From the NCBI GenBank assembly GCA_964016885.1, contig OZ024741.1:129084001-129148000 (forward strand): a DNA stretch of 64,000 nt, given 5' to 3'. The stretch's first letter is position 1; each line of letters begins with the position of its first letter. The notes beneath the pieces are model-generated. The model saw only the letters and a program-made list of their open reading frames with translations. It was not told where the DNA came from and ran no database searches. The DNA is from Eledone cirrhosa (taxonomy: Eukaryota). Positions 12,247 to 24,857 of this stretch are shown piece by piece. The translations under genes were made by a program, and so were the position numbers.

Positions 12247-14632
12247 TTAAAGGAAAACATTAGTTGTGTTATATATAGACATATATAGGGTAGAGATTAG
12301 TCTGTTTTGTACTCATTGCTTATACTGATTACAGATAAACACTGATCCAAGTGACTAGGGGTTTCTCTATGAAGGGACAATGTAGTTAGTCACACTAAAG
12401 TAGAATTTAGGGCTTAGCCCTCCTCGATATTGAGATCTCTTGTAGAATGTCTGTATTGTCATGTAGGTTTTTTTTTAATAGTTTCTATTTAGAATAATTT
12501 ATTTGCTTGATTATGAATAGCAGAAAAACGAATTGAAGCCTTGGTAAATCTTGTATAGTCCCTTGTATAAATCTCTTGTGTTGTTGAGCCTCAAGCCAGC
12601 TCTGATCAAAGGCATTCCAGCTGTGACTATGTTATCTAATATGTCCTTTTTCTAAAACTTGGAGCAGGCGGAGCAGCCACACAAAGGCTACCCTGTTGGT
12701 TCATCTCTTATATGTTGTCTGTGTATTGTAAAGAAGGGATGGTATTGTTTGCTCCTCTTTCTTATCACCTCAACTACCTGTTGTTACCTGGCTAATGGCT
12801 TCAACATGTTCACAGCCTGTTACTGTACTATAGTAGTGGGGTTTCACTTACCCCCAACACCTTGTAAACATGTTGTTACTTGGTGAATTGCTTCAACATG
12901 TACACAGCATGTTTGGCTTGACTGTTCTCTATAATTAGAAAAAGAAAAACAAACCTTAATGATCTCCACTAGATACTTAGATACAATAGAATGTACTTCT
13001 TTCTGTTTTGACAATAAGGGCTCCAGTTGTGGTCAAGGAAACTGCCTGCTCATTGAATTAACATGGAAGTAGCTGAACACTCCACAAACATGTATACCAA
13101 TAATGTAATTATCAGGGAGATTCAGTATGACACTGTATGTCAAGGTTGGTCTTTTGGCCTTTAAATTACAGGCACAGTCCATCCAATGAGCTTCTAAACA
13201 GTTTCCAATGAGCTTCTAAACAGTTTCACTCAAGGATTACGGCAACTTGAGCAATGGTAAATGACACTTGCCAATGAAGCCACACAGTGGGGTCGAACCT
13301 GGGACCCAATGATTGTGAAGCAAACTTCTTAACCATTCAGCCATGTTATTCTTCCATTACATGATAAAAGCACTCAGTACATGCTGTAAAGTGGTTGGTA
13401 TTAGAAAGGGCATCCAGTCGTAAAAAGCTTGCCAAAAAAGGGTTTGTGAGGACCCTTCAGTGTGAGTCTAAAGACAGGACAACTATTCTCTTCTGGATAG
13501 AATGTATGACTATGTAACTGAGCTGCAGACATGGCCTCCTTTGGGTGATCAGTAACCTTGCTTCAGCACTGACAGATAAAGTGGATGTTAAACGATGATG
13601 TGGTACAGTAGAATATATCTACTTGTCCAAAATACTTTACCCAAAGGTAATGTCCAAATTGTTCAAATGAGCAGAAAATAAAATAATTAATTTAATAATT
13701 TAAGGTACCTCAAACTCTTTGGCCCCTGTAGTTTTTGAGTGGTTCAGTCCATTTAGTTGTAGGTAGATACAACAGGGTGTCTCTGTTCATGTAGCCATGA
13801 GTTGGGACAACATTATGCCTCAGTTCATGAGGCTGTTCGTAGGTACCAAGGTATATCTCTATTTAGCTGTAATTAGGCACCACAGACAATCTGGTCCTTG
13901 TATTTCTGCATGGCTGAGTTCATTTAGCTGTAGGGAGGTACCACAGAGTGCCTCTATCCATTGAGCTATCATTGAGTATTACAGACTATTTGGACTCTAT
14001 AGCTTCTGTATGTCTCAGTCCATTTAGCTGTAGGTGAGACCACAGTGTACCTCTGTCCATATAGTTCTACAAAGGTACTACAGGATAGTTTGTCTAACTG
14101 TATGATTTCATCATCATCATTGTTTTATGTTCATTTTTCCATGCTTGCATGGGTTGGACAGGTCCTTCTCAGCGAGGCATCTCTCTATTCATCGCATTCC
14201 TTCATCATACATTGATATATTTGTATATATATACACTGATCATCATCATCATCATTTAACATCTATCTTCCACGCTAGCATGGGTTTAGACTGGAATTGT
14301 CCCACTTGAGGCAAGATTGGTTGTCTTGCCCGTATAGGACTGTCTGGCAGGTTTTCTACGGCTGGATCCCCTTCCTAACACCATCCACGTTTACAGTGTG
14401 GACTGGGAGGTTTTTACCGTGTTACCTACACGGCCACATTACAGCGTGGACTGCGTGTTTTTTTGTCGTGACACCTACACGACCTCATTTATTTTGGACT
14501 GGATGTTGTGGTACCAACATAACTTTACAGAGAAAGGGGTGGTGTTGATGGGGGTGGGAGTAGGGGTAGTGGGATGGTGGTGTATTTTTGGTTAAGAGGT
14601 GCCTACTGACTGTAGGTTTCGCTATATATATA

Positions 14633-15709
14633 ATAGCAGAGGTACCCGGCGTTGCTCGGGTATTAAATAGCAGTTGTGTATAACATTTATGTCAATACTT
14701 CAGTGCTGCTTTGAAAACTATACTTTTACAAAATCATTGGCTTTTTCCAAAAGGGGGTTCCTGCCCCCAGGGATCCCCTACTCAATATGTGCCAATTCTG
14801 AGAGTTCACATTCATCTGTAGGACAAACGTAGCCCATGTGTCAAGTTTTGTGAAAATCGGTTGCAAACTCCAGAAGTTATGACGTTTTGTTGCATTGCAC
14901 TGCAGTGCTTCAGTCGACTCCAAGGAAGTGATTAAAGGGGGTTATCTGCCGGGAGGCCCTATAATCAATATCTGGAAAAATGAAAGTGCCCATGACCATC
15001 CGGAGTACATAAGTAACCTATGTCTTAAGTTTGGTGAAAATACTGTAGAAATGCATAAGGTTTATAATACGCGCGCGCGTGTGCGTGTGTATGTATGTAT
15101 GTGTGTGTGTGTGTGTGTGTTTGTGGGTGTGTGTATGTGTATGTCCGTCGGGGCATATGTATGTACTGGCCTAAATCTTCACTATTTACTTTTACTATTT
15201 TAATAACCTGTCATTTTCGTTTTCAATTTTATTTACATCATTCTTAAACTCCGGGGCTGGAAATCATTCTGTTATTTTAAATAGAATATTAGTCTAACGA
15301 CTCCATTTATACCATAAACTTGGTCTTGTCTTTGCATGAAATTGTTCTTCTCGGTCCAAATAACGACGTATTATCCTCGCTTTTTTCCGTTCATTGCCAG
15401 GGAACGTCTTCACGAACCAAAATATTGTCTTCCTATTTTCCTTCGGTTGCAACGTTTCTCGAAATATTTACTTCTGCGTTCACAGATTACTCTCAGTTCA
15501 ATTTGAATGGGAAATTCCTGTTTCATCGATTTTCTCTGTAACCATGGAAACTTGTAGCTTGAAAGTCGACCCAACACCTCCTCGGGTCATTCTGCATAAC
15601 TGTGTAAATTTTCGCTGCATTCCACCAAGCCGTTTCGACGTTTATCCGACTACACCTACTTACTTACTTAAATATACAACGTCCAACCACTTTCAATTGA
15701 TATAGTAGA
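14633..15709 (-). mobile_element. Non-autonomous Helitron (about 1.08 kb), apparently young
   Basis: On the minus strand it starts A|TC (15709) and ends CTAT|T, a variant of CTRR. Subterminal GC hairpin TACCCGGCGTTGCTCGGGTA at 14643-14662. Internal microsatellites; many CpGs intact. Confidence 0.75.
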
Positions 15710-16100
15710 TATATATATATGTGATATATAAACAATTTTTGTATTTAATTGACTAGCTATGCTGATATATAGTGTGGTGTGTATATCTGTTATAGACTTG
15801 TATTTAATTGACATAGCTATGCTGATACATACAATGTGGTATATATGTTAATTGATATAAACTCTGATATATAAACTATATATCTGATCTAGAATTGGTA
15901 CACTGTATCTTTGTGTGTCCTAAAAAGCAACAAAATGGTTTTGTGTGGAATGGCATCTGGCTATAAAACATGCCTCAAAAAAGAACCATCCAGCCAATAG
16001 CAGCAAGGAAAAATTGGCGTAAAAATATGATAATAATTATGACCATGATAGGGTGGTGTTCTAATTCATTGAGTACGTAATATATTCAGGGTGATATGTA

Positions 16101-16149
<49 letters not shown>

Positions 16150-16205
16150 TATTGATGGACATGGAAATGATTGCTCAATGCTGAAGTAGTTTAAATATTC
16201 ATTAA

Positions 16206-16464
16206 TTATGGCTAAGAGGTGAACCTTGTTATTCTGGGGTTCACCTGCACAATCACAGGATCATCAGACAAGACAAAATATTCAGTAACAGAGACAGTAC
16301 AAATAGGGGAAGACACGGAAGGGGGGGGGGGGGGATGTTCCTCCTTCTCTTTGAGTCTTCCCTTATTTATACTGTCACTGTTATTGAAAACTTTGTCTTG
16401 TCTGATGATCCTGTAAATGTGCAGATGAAATTCCAAAGTAAGAAGGCTCACCACTTAGTCATAA
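16206..16464. mobile_element. Palindromic element with a degenerate hammerhead in each arm
   Basis: Arms 16206-16314 and 16355-16464. Hammerhead motifs at 16225-16272(-) and 16397-16445(+): CUUGU-CUGAUGA-stem II-GAA(A/C)...UA-A(C/G)AAG. Confidence 0.65.
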
Positions 16465-16824
16465 AAAATAAATATATATACTCTATTTCATTTAACATCT
16501 ACTTTCCCTGGGATCATCATTATCATGTTATATCTGTTTTCCATGCTAGTATTGGTTGGCTGGTCTGTCATGTTCTGTGACTGGGCAGGTTAAATGATCT
16601 TGTCCTGCTCATACTTACCAGCTTGGCATGGTTTCTGAGGGTGGATACTTTTCCTAATGCCAACCACTTTCCAACATCCACCTGGTGCATTTTATCATGG
16701 CACCAGCACTACCTCTTTACAGACTATACTGTGTGCCTTTTATCTTGACATTGGCACTAACACTTTATAGGGTGCACTGTAATATATTTGTAATATATAG
16801 ACTGGTATTATATTTCATTGGCTA

Positions 16825-17013
16825 GGGCGGTGAATTGGCAGTATCGGTAGAGGGTTGGACGCCATGCTTTGACGCATAGAGTTACGGCCCTTGCCATTCT
16901 GAGTTCAAATCCCGCCGAGGTTAACTTTGCCTTTCATCCTTATGGGGTCGATAAAATAAAATACCAGTAATGTACTGGGTAATTGCTAGCCTTGTGCCAA
17001 AAGTAGAAACAAT
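16825..17013 (+). mobile_element. SINE family A with TSD
   Basis: TSD ATTATATTTCATTGGCTAG at 16807-16825 and 17012-17030. Confidence 0.92.
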
Positions 17014-17792
17014 TATATTTCATTGGCTAGCTGTGCTGATATATTCTATGTGTCTGTGTGTGTATGTATGTATGTTTTATTCCCTCTGCCTCATCACCTG
17101 CTCTAAACATTTGGTCCATTGCACTCTTCATTGTTGCTCTGGTCTGACAAGGCTTTCATGTTTCTTCTTCCTTCTTTCCATCTTTTTGTTCTTTCTTACC
17201 TACAAAAGATAATGTAACAACCAAAGACACCTTGTAAACTAATTCTAAATACACCTTTAATTAACTTACCTATATCTTAACATTTCATGTGTGTGTATGC
17301 ATGGGAATGCTCAAGCACACATACATGTTTGTTTTTATATAGCCTGCACCTCAAGTTCAAATTAGAATGAAGAGGTCTGAGGTATGCACACAGACCGACA
17401 GACAGACAGACACACGTCAGCTGTTGATTGAAAGCTAACTTTGTTCAGTTAGCTATCTAATGCATATATGTATGTGCATCTATACAACACACATTATATT
17501 TATGAGCATACACACATGTACTTGTACCCCTCTCCTGGCTTGTTTGAGAACTGAATTGGTCTATGGCAGACTGAGTGATGCGTTATGTCTTTGAGCAAGA
17601 TACTAATATTTCATATTGCTCTTTCTGCCAAGAGTAGTAGTATCAACAATGGAAAGACTGATGTAAACATTGTTTCCTTGGTCCGATTTAACAAGTTTCT
17701 CCCCACTCGGTAAACAAATGAGGTCTGTGATCTTGTTGATTGTTTCTTTCTATTTTTCTATAGTTTGTTTACATTATATTTCTAATGATATA

Positions 17793-17984
17793 GGTGGTGG
17801 ATTGGCAGTATCGGTAGAGGGTCGGACGCCATGCTTTGCAGCAAAAAAGAGTTATGTCCCTTTATGGTCCGAGTTCAAATCCTGCCGAGGTTAACTTTGC
17901 CTTTCATCCTTATGGGGCCGATAAAATAAAGTACTAGTAATACACTGGGATAATTGCTGGCTTTATGCCAAAAGTAGAAACAAT
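17793..17984 (+). mobile_element. SINE family A with TSD, inserted in a family E MITE
   Basis: TSD ATTATATTTCTAATGATATA at 17773-17792 and 17983-18002. Confidence 0.92.
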
Positions 17985-19283
17985 TATATTTCTAATGATA
18001 TATATGTATTGCCTGTGTTTCATTCAATTATGAAAAATGGTGGAAGAATTTGGAGGGATAGAGTAAGATAACTAAATAGTTTCATTATTGAGTTGATAAA
18101 CGTCAACAAAGAAATATTTTTTACATAAAATGATATCTTAACTGAAATATTGACATTTTAAATGAGATGTTTTGACGAAGGACCTGCTGCAGTTTCAGGT
18201 GGTTTGGTTACAAAAGAGATTAATTTTCTTACCAACTTGCCAGAAATTGTCTTATCTCCAATGATAAAAAAACTGTTCATATTTAAATTTAAACCTTTGA
18301 TTATAAATTCCTGTAAGAACCTTTTCATAAGTTATGCTACAAAAACCAGCTTGATTATAAGAAATTTGCTTTATAACATCCCTCCAATTTTTAATTGTTT
18401 TACAAGTTTATTCAAAATTATAGACTATATTTCAGTAAAAATATTGTAATGAAAGGGTTATAGGCATAATTACATCTTCAAGAAGATACCTCACATTCAT
18501 TCACCTTCAGTGGACATAACTTTAGCTAGAGGTCATCGATGTCATCAGATGGTGTCCAATGTTCATTGGTTGTTTCAGCCCTCAACCGTAACACCCTCTC
18601 ACTGGTGGGTCAGCATTGTTGGCCAAATTACTGTCCATCTTCTCCTAGCTTCCAGCTTATCTCCTTTCTCCTGCTCCAGAGCCAATAATAAACATATGTC
18701 GTCTGTTCATATATTTATTAATGTATATATAACTAAGATCTTATAACAAATCCAAACCAAACCCACACCAATCACAAACCACAATCATACAATCAACTGC
18801 ACTCCTCCAAAACTCTACCACATCAGCCATAAATTATATTCCAACATGTCCTTTGAAACCATATTTCAACCTGCTCCAATTATTGGTATAGGGTTGGTAG
18901 ATCTCATTCTCATTTGTCTGGCATTGGTTTTGGGAAGGTTAACAAAGACGGTTAGATCACCAACTGGAAATGGAAGTAAAACATGTTACATCATGGATAT
19001 GTTAGAGAAGTGAAAGAAAGAACAAAGCTGAGAGTAAAAGAAACTAGCTGTTTGATGGTTGCAGCTACACTCACTTTGGTATGGTGGCTGCATGAATGAT
19101 TGGGCATAAGATGTTATTCTACATGGTGGGGTGAAAAAAAAAGGCCAGACATTATCTGGTAACATAGATGTTGCTTGGTACTGCTGGAAGGAGAGAGAAT
19201 GCTGTTGGAAGGCAAGAAGGGAAATTACTCTGTTGTGATCTCTAGTTGATAGATTACATATATATATATGTATGGGTGTGTGC

Positions 19284-19327
<44 letters not shown>

Positions 19328-19741
19328 TCATCATCGTTTAACGTCCATTTTTCCATTCTAGCATGGGTTAGACGGGCTGTCCTGTTTGAGGCAAGTTGGG
19401 TCTTGCTCACGTAACTGTTCCTGGCTTAGTTTCTATGGCTGGATGCCCTTCCTAATGCCAACCACATTTACTGTGTGAGCTGGGTGCTTTTTGTTGTGAC
19501 TCCTACATGAGCACTTTACAGTATGGGCTGGGTGATTTTTGTTGTGACACCTACACGACCACTTCACAGTGTGGGCTAGTTGTTTTTTGTGGTGACTCCT
19601 ACATGGTCACTTTACAGTGTGGGTTGGGCGCTTTTTGTTGTGTCGCCATCACGACCACTTTATAGTGTGGGCTGGAGACTTCAATGGACGTATGCTACAG
19701 CCTGTCCTCATGAGAGATGTATGGGATGGTAAGGGTGGTGC

Positions 19742-19796
<55 letters not shown>

Positions 19797-20735
19797 TTCA
19801 GCCTGTGCTCATGAGAAGGTGGATCTTCTGTAATGCTGCATAACACCAGAGATCTCGGTCCTGTGTCATTGTCTTTGAGTGGTCAGTAGCCCCCCCGCAT
19901 CCCGTCAATACTGACTTCCAACCCTTGCTAGCAAGGAAAGCGGATGTTCATTGACAACAATGATGGTGATGATGATATATATATATAACCCATACAAGCA
20001 TGGAAGATGGACATTAAACAACGATGATGATGATAATGATATATATATATTTATATATATATATTCTTTCAGATGACTGAAGACAGATATAAATATCTGT
20101 CCTCAAGAAACTACTGGTAAATGAAATAATTATCTTATGTTGTTTATTACATAACTAAAAAGCTCTGTAGCCTACATAGAGCACTCTCTTTTCCTTTACC
20201 TTTCCTACAGAAATACTTTATATATATATATATAACCCCCCCCCCCCCAAAACACACACACACACCTGTATATCATTAATTATATTAAATTACACAAACA
20301 CTCTAATATGTGTGTAGATTGGATGCTCTTGGTTAGAGCACCCCTTTCCTGAGATGACCACTTATCAATGAAGTACTCAATGTTTTGAAGGTGCACAGTG
20401 GGTGGATATATTTTTCTTATAAGTATAACACTACAGATAGCCATTGTGAGCGTGTGTGTGTGTGGGGGGGGGGGTATACCATGACCACTAGCTTGCTTGC
20501 TGTCAGCAGTGTTTTGCTGATCTGTTGCCATGTGTTACACCTTCAGGCTTATACAATCATTTTTTGATTCAGCATGTATGTAAGTATATATGTGTGTGTG
20601 ACTACACTTAGATACTCCTCCTGCTCTCTCTGGCTCTCTATTTATCACTCTCTCTCTCTCTCTTTCTTTCTTCCCCCTCTCTGTTGATGCTCATGAGAAT
20701 GAGTACTCAATACCAAAATAAAGTTTAATTAATAT

Positions 20736-20847
20736 TATTCTTTATTATGGCTAAGTGATGAGTTTTGTTACTCTAAAATTTCACCTGTGAGGAGACATGT
20801 GAAACTCCAGAGTTACAACACTCATCACTTAGGCATAATAAAGAATA
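20736..20847. mobile_element. Centrally deleted palindromic member of the 16206-16464 family
   Basis: Same termini TTATGGCTAAG...CTTAG(G/T)CATAA; keeps GAAACTCCAGAGTTACAA but has no CTGATGA. Confidence 0.65.
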
Positions 20848-20936
20848 GTACATACATGCAAATATACATACATATGTGTGTATATATATATATATACATG
20901 CAAATATACGTATACATACACACACACACACACACA

Positions 20937-21046
20937 CAGCGTCCCCAAAACATGTATATACACTTCAATAGCATTCTAATAAATATTGCTAAAATGATGA
21001 TTGCCTGTACAGGTAATCAATGTGAGTATACATTTTTTGGGACACC

Positions 21047-21049
<3 letters not shown>
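20937..21049. mobile_element. Tc1/mariner-type MITE
   Basis: TIR consensus CAGGGTGTCCCAAAAAATGTATAC in a TA/CA microsatellite. An inverted sister copy lies at 21982-22082. Confidence 0.7.
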
Positions 21050-21111
<62 letters not shown>

Positions 21112-21904
21112 TATTTCTGTGTATCTATTTGTCAATAATTTTCACTCATCAATAAAAGTGTTGTATATACCCCCCCCCCCCCCCCCCGAACAGCCAACCA
21201 ATCACCACACATGATTACACGTGTTCTGAGTATAGAGTGTGGCTGGGTTTTAGTATCATAGTTCTTTTGTTGGGAATATCTTTTTCTTGGTGTGTACGTG
21301 TGTATATACACACATGAATATAAATATATACATCTAATTATGTATGTGCGTTTGTTTGTTTGTTTGTTTGTGTGTGTGTGCATTTATATATATATATATA
21401 TATATGGGTGCCCCAGCATGGCCTCAGACTGTCGGCTGGAACATGTCATAGAAATAATAGATTATATACACACACACATGCACACACACACACACATGTT
21501 TGGCAGCATATTTTAATGGATGTGTGTGTATATATTTATATGGGTATTGTGTGTGTATATATTCATACCAGCATATAAATATATATGCATCTTTGCAACG
21601 ATTGACTGTGTAAGTCAACCAGCAGTGTCCGGTCCAGTCCATTTTCCCTATATCTTCTGACATCACACACACATAAACGCACACACTCACACACGTGTGA
21701 GTGTGTATGTGTGTGTACAGAAGCTTAGGTTGAGACTGACACATAGAAAAAAAAGACAAAAAGTAAACAAAGCCCCCTCCCCATCCCCATCCGCTTCCCT
21801 CTCACCCTCACCACTAGTGGTTGAGACAGTTTACTGTAGTATATTGTATGTAACAAGTAGTAGCAACAACGGGGGATTTTACTGTCAGGCCACAGCAGAC
21901 CCAG

Positions 21905-21964
<60 letters not shown>

Positions 21965-21981
21965 AATACACATCGCACATA

Positions 21982-22080
21982 CAGGGTGTCTCCCAAAAAT
22001 ATATACACACTTTGATTACCTCTACAGGCAATATTTATTAGAATACTGTTGAAGTGTGTATACATTTTTTGGGTATAGTC

Positions 22081-22082
<2 letters not shown>
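21982..22082. mobile_element. Tc1/mariner-type MITE (inverted sister of 20937-21049)
   Basis: TA-CAGGGTGTC left end; the body is the reverse complement of the other copy. Confidence 0.7.
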
Positions 22083-22140
<58 letters not shown>

Positions 22141-22144
<4 letters not shown>

Positions 22145-22290
22145 AGAAGAGTTAGGACCCCGATGGCTGAGCTCTGGCCATCTCAACAGCGTTCGGATCT
22201 AGCTGACGAAACAGCCAGAGCTCAGCTGTCGAGGTCCTGACTCTTTCCTATTACCCACTCTACTACCCTAAGTTTTGAGTACTCTGGTGT
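22141..22290. mobile_element. Hairpin repeat family G, associated with (TA)n
   Basis: Inverted repeat 22141-22250 plus a flank containing GAGTACTC. Copies at 33800-33947 and 59785-59950; half copy at 37661-37700. Confidence 0.7.
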
Positions 22291-22538
22291 GTTATGTTCC
22301 ACCTGGTTCTTTATCACACTTTCTTTGTTTTATATATGTATATATATATATTTATTTATTATAAGTCTAGATTAAAATTTATGCAAAGAATTGCTACTTT
22401 CACCCTTAATTGGATCTTCTGAAATATTTGCTCTACGGGTTTTTATATATATTTTTTTTATATATATTTTTTTTATATATAATCCTTATCAAACCCTCTT
22501 CGGATTTTAGTCTTCACTTAGTCTTCACCTTTGTTATT

Positions 22539-22575
<37 letters not shown>

Positions 22576-23678
22576 GCACACATACATTTATGTGTTTATT
22601 TATATGTAATGTTATACAGGTGTATAGATATGATAAACTGTACTTTTAGTACCACTTCTTGTGTGTTTGTGTGTATGTCTGTGTATGTGTGTGGTGGCTG
22701 TGTGCATCAAGCTAAGAATAGATACACCATATCCCTGCATGTTGTAAAAAGCAACTAAAAGGGTTAGTGTCAGGAAGGGCATCTGGCTGTAAAGTATTGC
22801 CTCAACAACTCCTGTCCAACCCATGCCAGCGTCGAAAAGGCAGCGTAAAAAGACGAGGATGATGATAATATATATATGTATATAGTATTTGAGTATTTTT
22901 ATTATGTAATCTTACACTTGTGCGCATGTGCATATGTTTCTATACATATATACATATGTAATTTGAGAGAGGTTTTGCTGTTACTTCTAGCAAGTTGAGC
23001 AACTCCACATATGTGTGTCTGTATATGTGTTTTTGATGACACAACTACTTGTCAGTTTCAATTTCTGCGGTATACTGCCTAGTCAAGGGTGTAGAGTCTG
23101 CCCCTCCCCTCCTTTTTCTCATTTATTTTTTTTTTTATTGTTTTCTCTTCCTGCTTATTCTGTGAAATGTTTATGTGAATAAAATTCCCTTTGTTAAAAA
23201 AAAAATCTTTATTAGAATCTCAGATTTTCTAAGAAAACCTCCACAGTTCTTTTGGAAAAATAAAGTTCCTAAGTCCATAATCTTGTCAGTGTTTCCAGAC
23301 CTTCACCGTCTCATCATCAACTCTTATACATGCACTATTTTTAACAGTGCATGTATAAGAAAAGAGCTGTTCTTCATATATAAAAGGATAAAGACTCCCC
23401 TTTGGTCTTGAATGACTATTGGATTAGCACCTTGAAAGTTCCCCTCCATGGCACAAGTCAGGCAAGGTTGTTTTGTGGAAGATCAGCAGTTGCTCATGCA
23501 TACCAGTCCCTCCTCTCTCCACGCCACTTATGTTGGCTTAGTGGCTAGATCATTGAGCTTGCAATTGTGCATTGTGTCCTTGAGCAAGACACTCTATTTC
23601 ATGTTGCTCCAGTTTACTCAGCTGCAGAAATGAGTTACTTCACTGGTGCCAAGCTGTATTGGTCATTGCCTTTCCTTT

Positions 23679-24857
23679 GGACATATATGTAATATACCCT
23701 TATTTACATTGATATATATGTAATATACCCTTATTTACTTGATATATATGTAATATATCCTTATTTACAGGGACATATGTAATATACCCATATTTACAGG
23801 GACATGTATGATGTAATATACCCATATTTACAGGGTCATATGTAATATACCCATATTTACAGGGACATATATGTATTATCCTCATATTTACAGGGACATA
23901 TATGTAATATACCCATATTTACATGGACATATATGTAATATATGGAGTTGCGACCGATAGATAGTATTAGCAATTGGAAAGACCAACGGAAACATTGTTC
24001 CCTCGGTCCGATTTGACGAAAGTCGATCGTTCCTTTATATGTAATATACCCATATTTACAGGGACATATATGTAATATACCCATATTTACAGGGACATAT
24101 ATGTAATATACCCATATTTACAAGGACATATATGTAATATACCCATATTTACAAGGACATATATGTAATTGTTTCTACTTTTGGCACAAGGCCAGCAATT
24201 ACCCAGTGCATTACTGGTACTTTATTTTATCGACCCCGTAAATATGAAAGGCAAAGTTAACCTCGGCAGGATTTGAACTCAGAATGGAAAGGGGCGTAAC
24301 TCGATGCGTCAAAGCATAGCGTCCGACCCTCTACTGATACTGCCAATCCACCGCCCAGGACATATATGTAATATATCCACATTTGCATTGACATATATGT
24401 AATATATCCACATTTGCATTGCCATATATGTAATATACCCACATTTGCATTGACATATATGTAATATATCCACATTTGCATTGACATATATGTAATATAT
24501 CCACATTTGCATTGACATATATGTAATATACCCACATTTGCATTGACATATATGTAATATATCCACATTTGCATTGACATATATGTAATATATCCACATT
24601 TGCATTGACATATATGTAATATATCCACATTTGCATTGACATATATGTAATATATCCACATTTGCATTGACATATATGTAATATACCCACATTTGCATTG
24701 ACATATATGTAATATACCCACATTTGCATTGACATATATGTAATATATCCACATTTGCATTGACATATATGTAATATATCCACATTTACATTGACATATA
24801 TGTAATATACCCACATTTACATTGACATATATGTAATATTCCCATATTTACAGGGAC
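23679..24857. repeat. 31-bp minisatellite interrupted by two insertions
   Basis: Left unit GGGACATATATGTAATATACCCATATTTACA; right unit TTGACATATATGTAATATATCCACATTTGCA. Confidence 0.95.
24167..24356 (-). mobile_element. SINE family A inserted in the 31-bp minisatellite
   Basis: Full-length reverse-complement copy flanked by AGGACATATATGTAAT (24154-24169, 24357-24372). Confidence 0.92.

Noticed and set aside
20070-20120. CTGAAGA plus hairpin plus GAAAC hammerhead
   Set aside because: Seven unpaired nucleotides before GAAA and no convincing stem I; at best a decayed relic.
22203-22215. CTGACGAAAC as a ribozyme core
   Set aside because: No helix II, and sister copies read GTTGAAA.
24257-24816. 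Cys-rich repeat ORFs in three minus frames
   Set aside because: Product of the 31-bp minisatellite.
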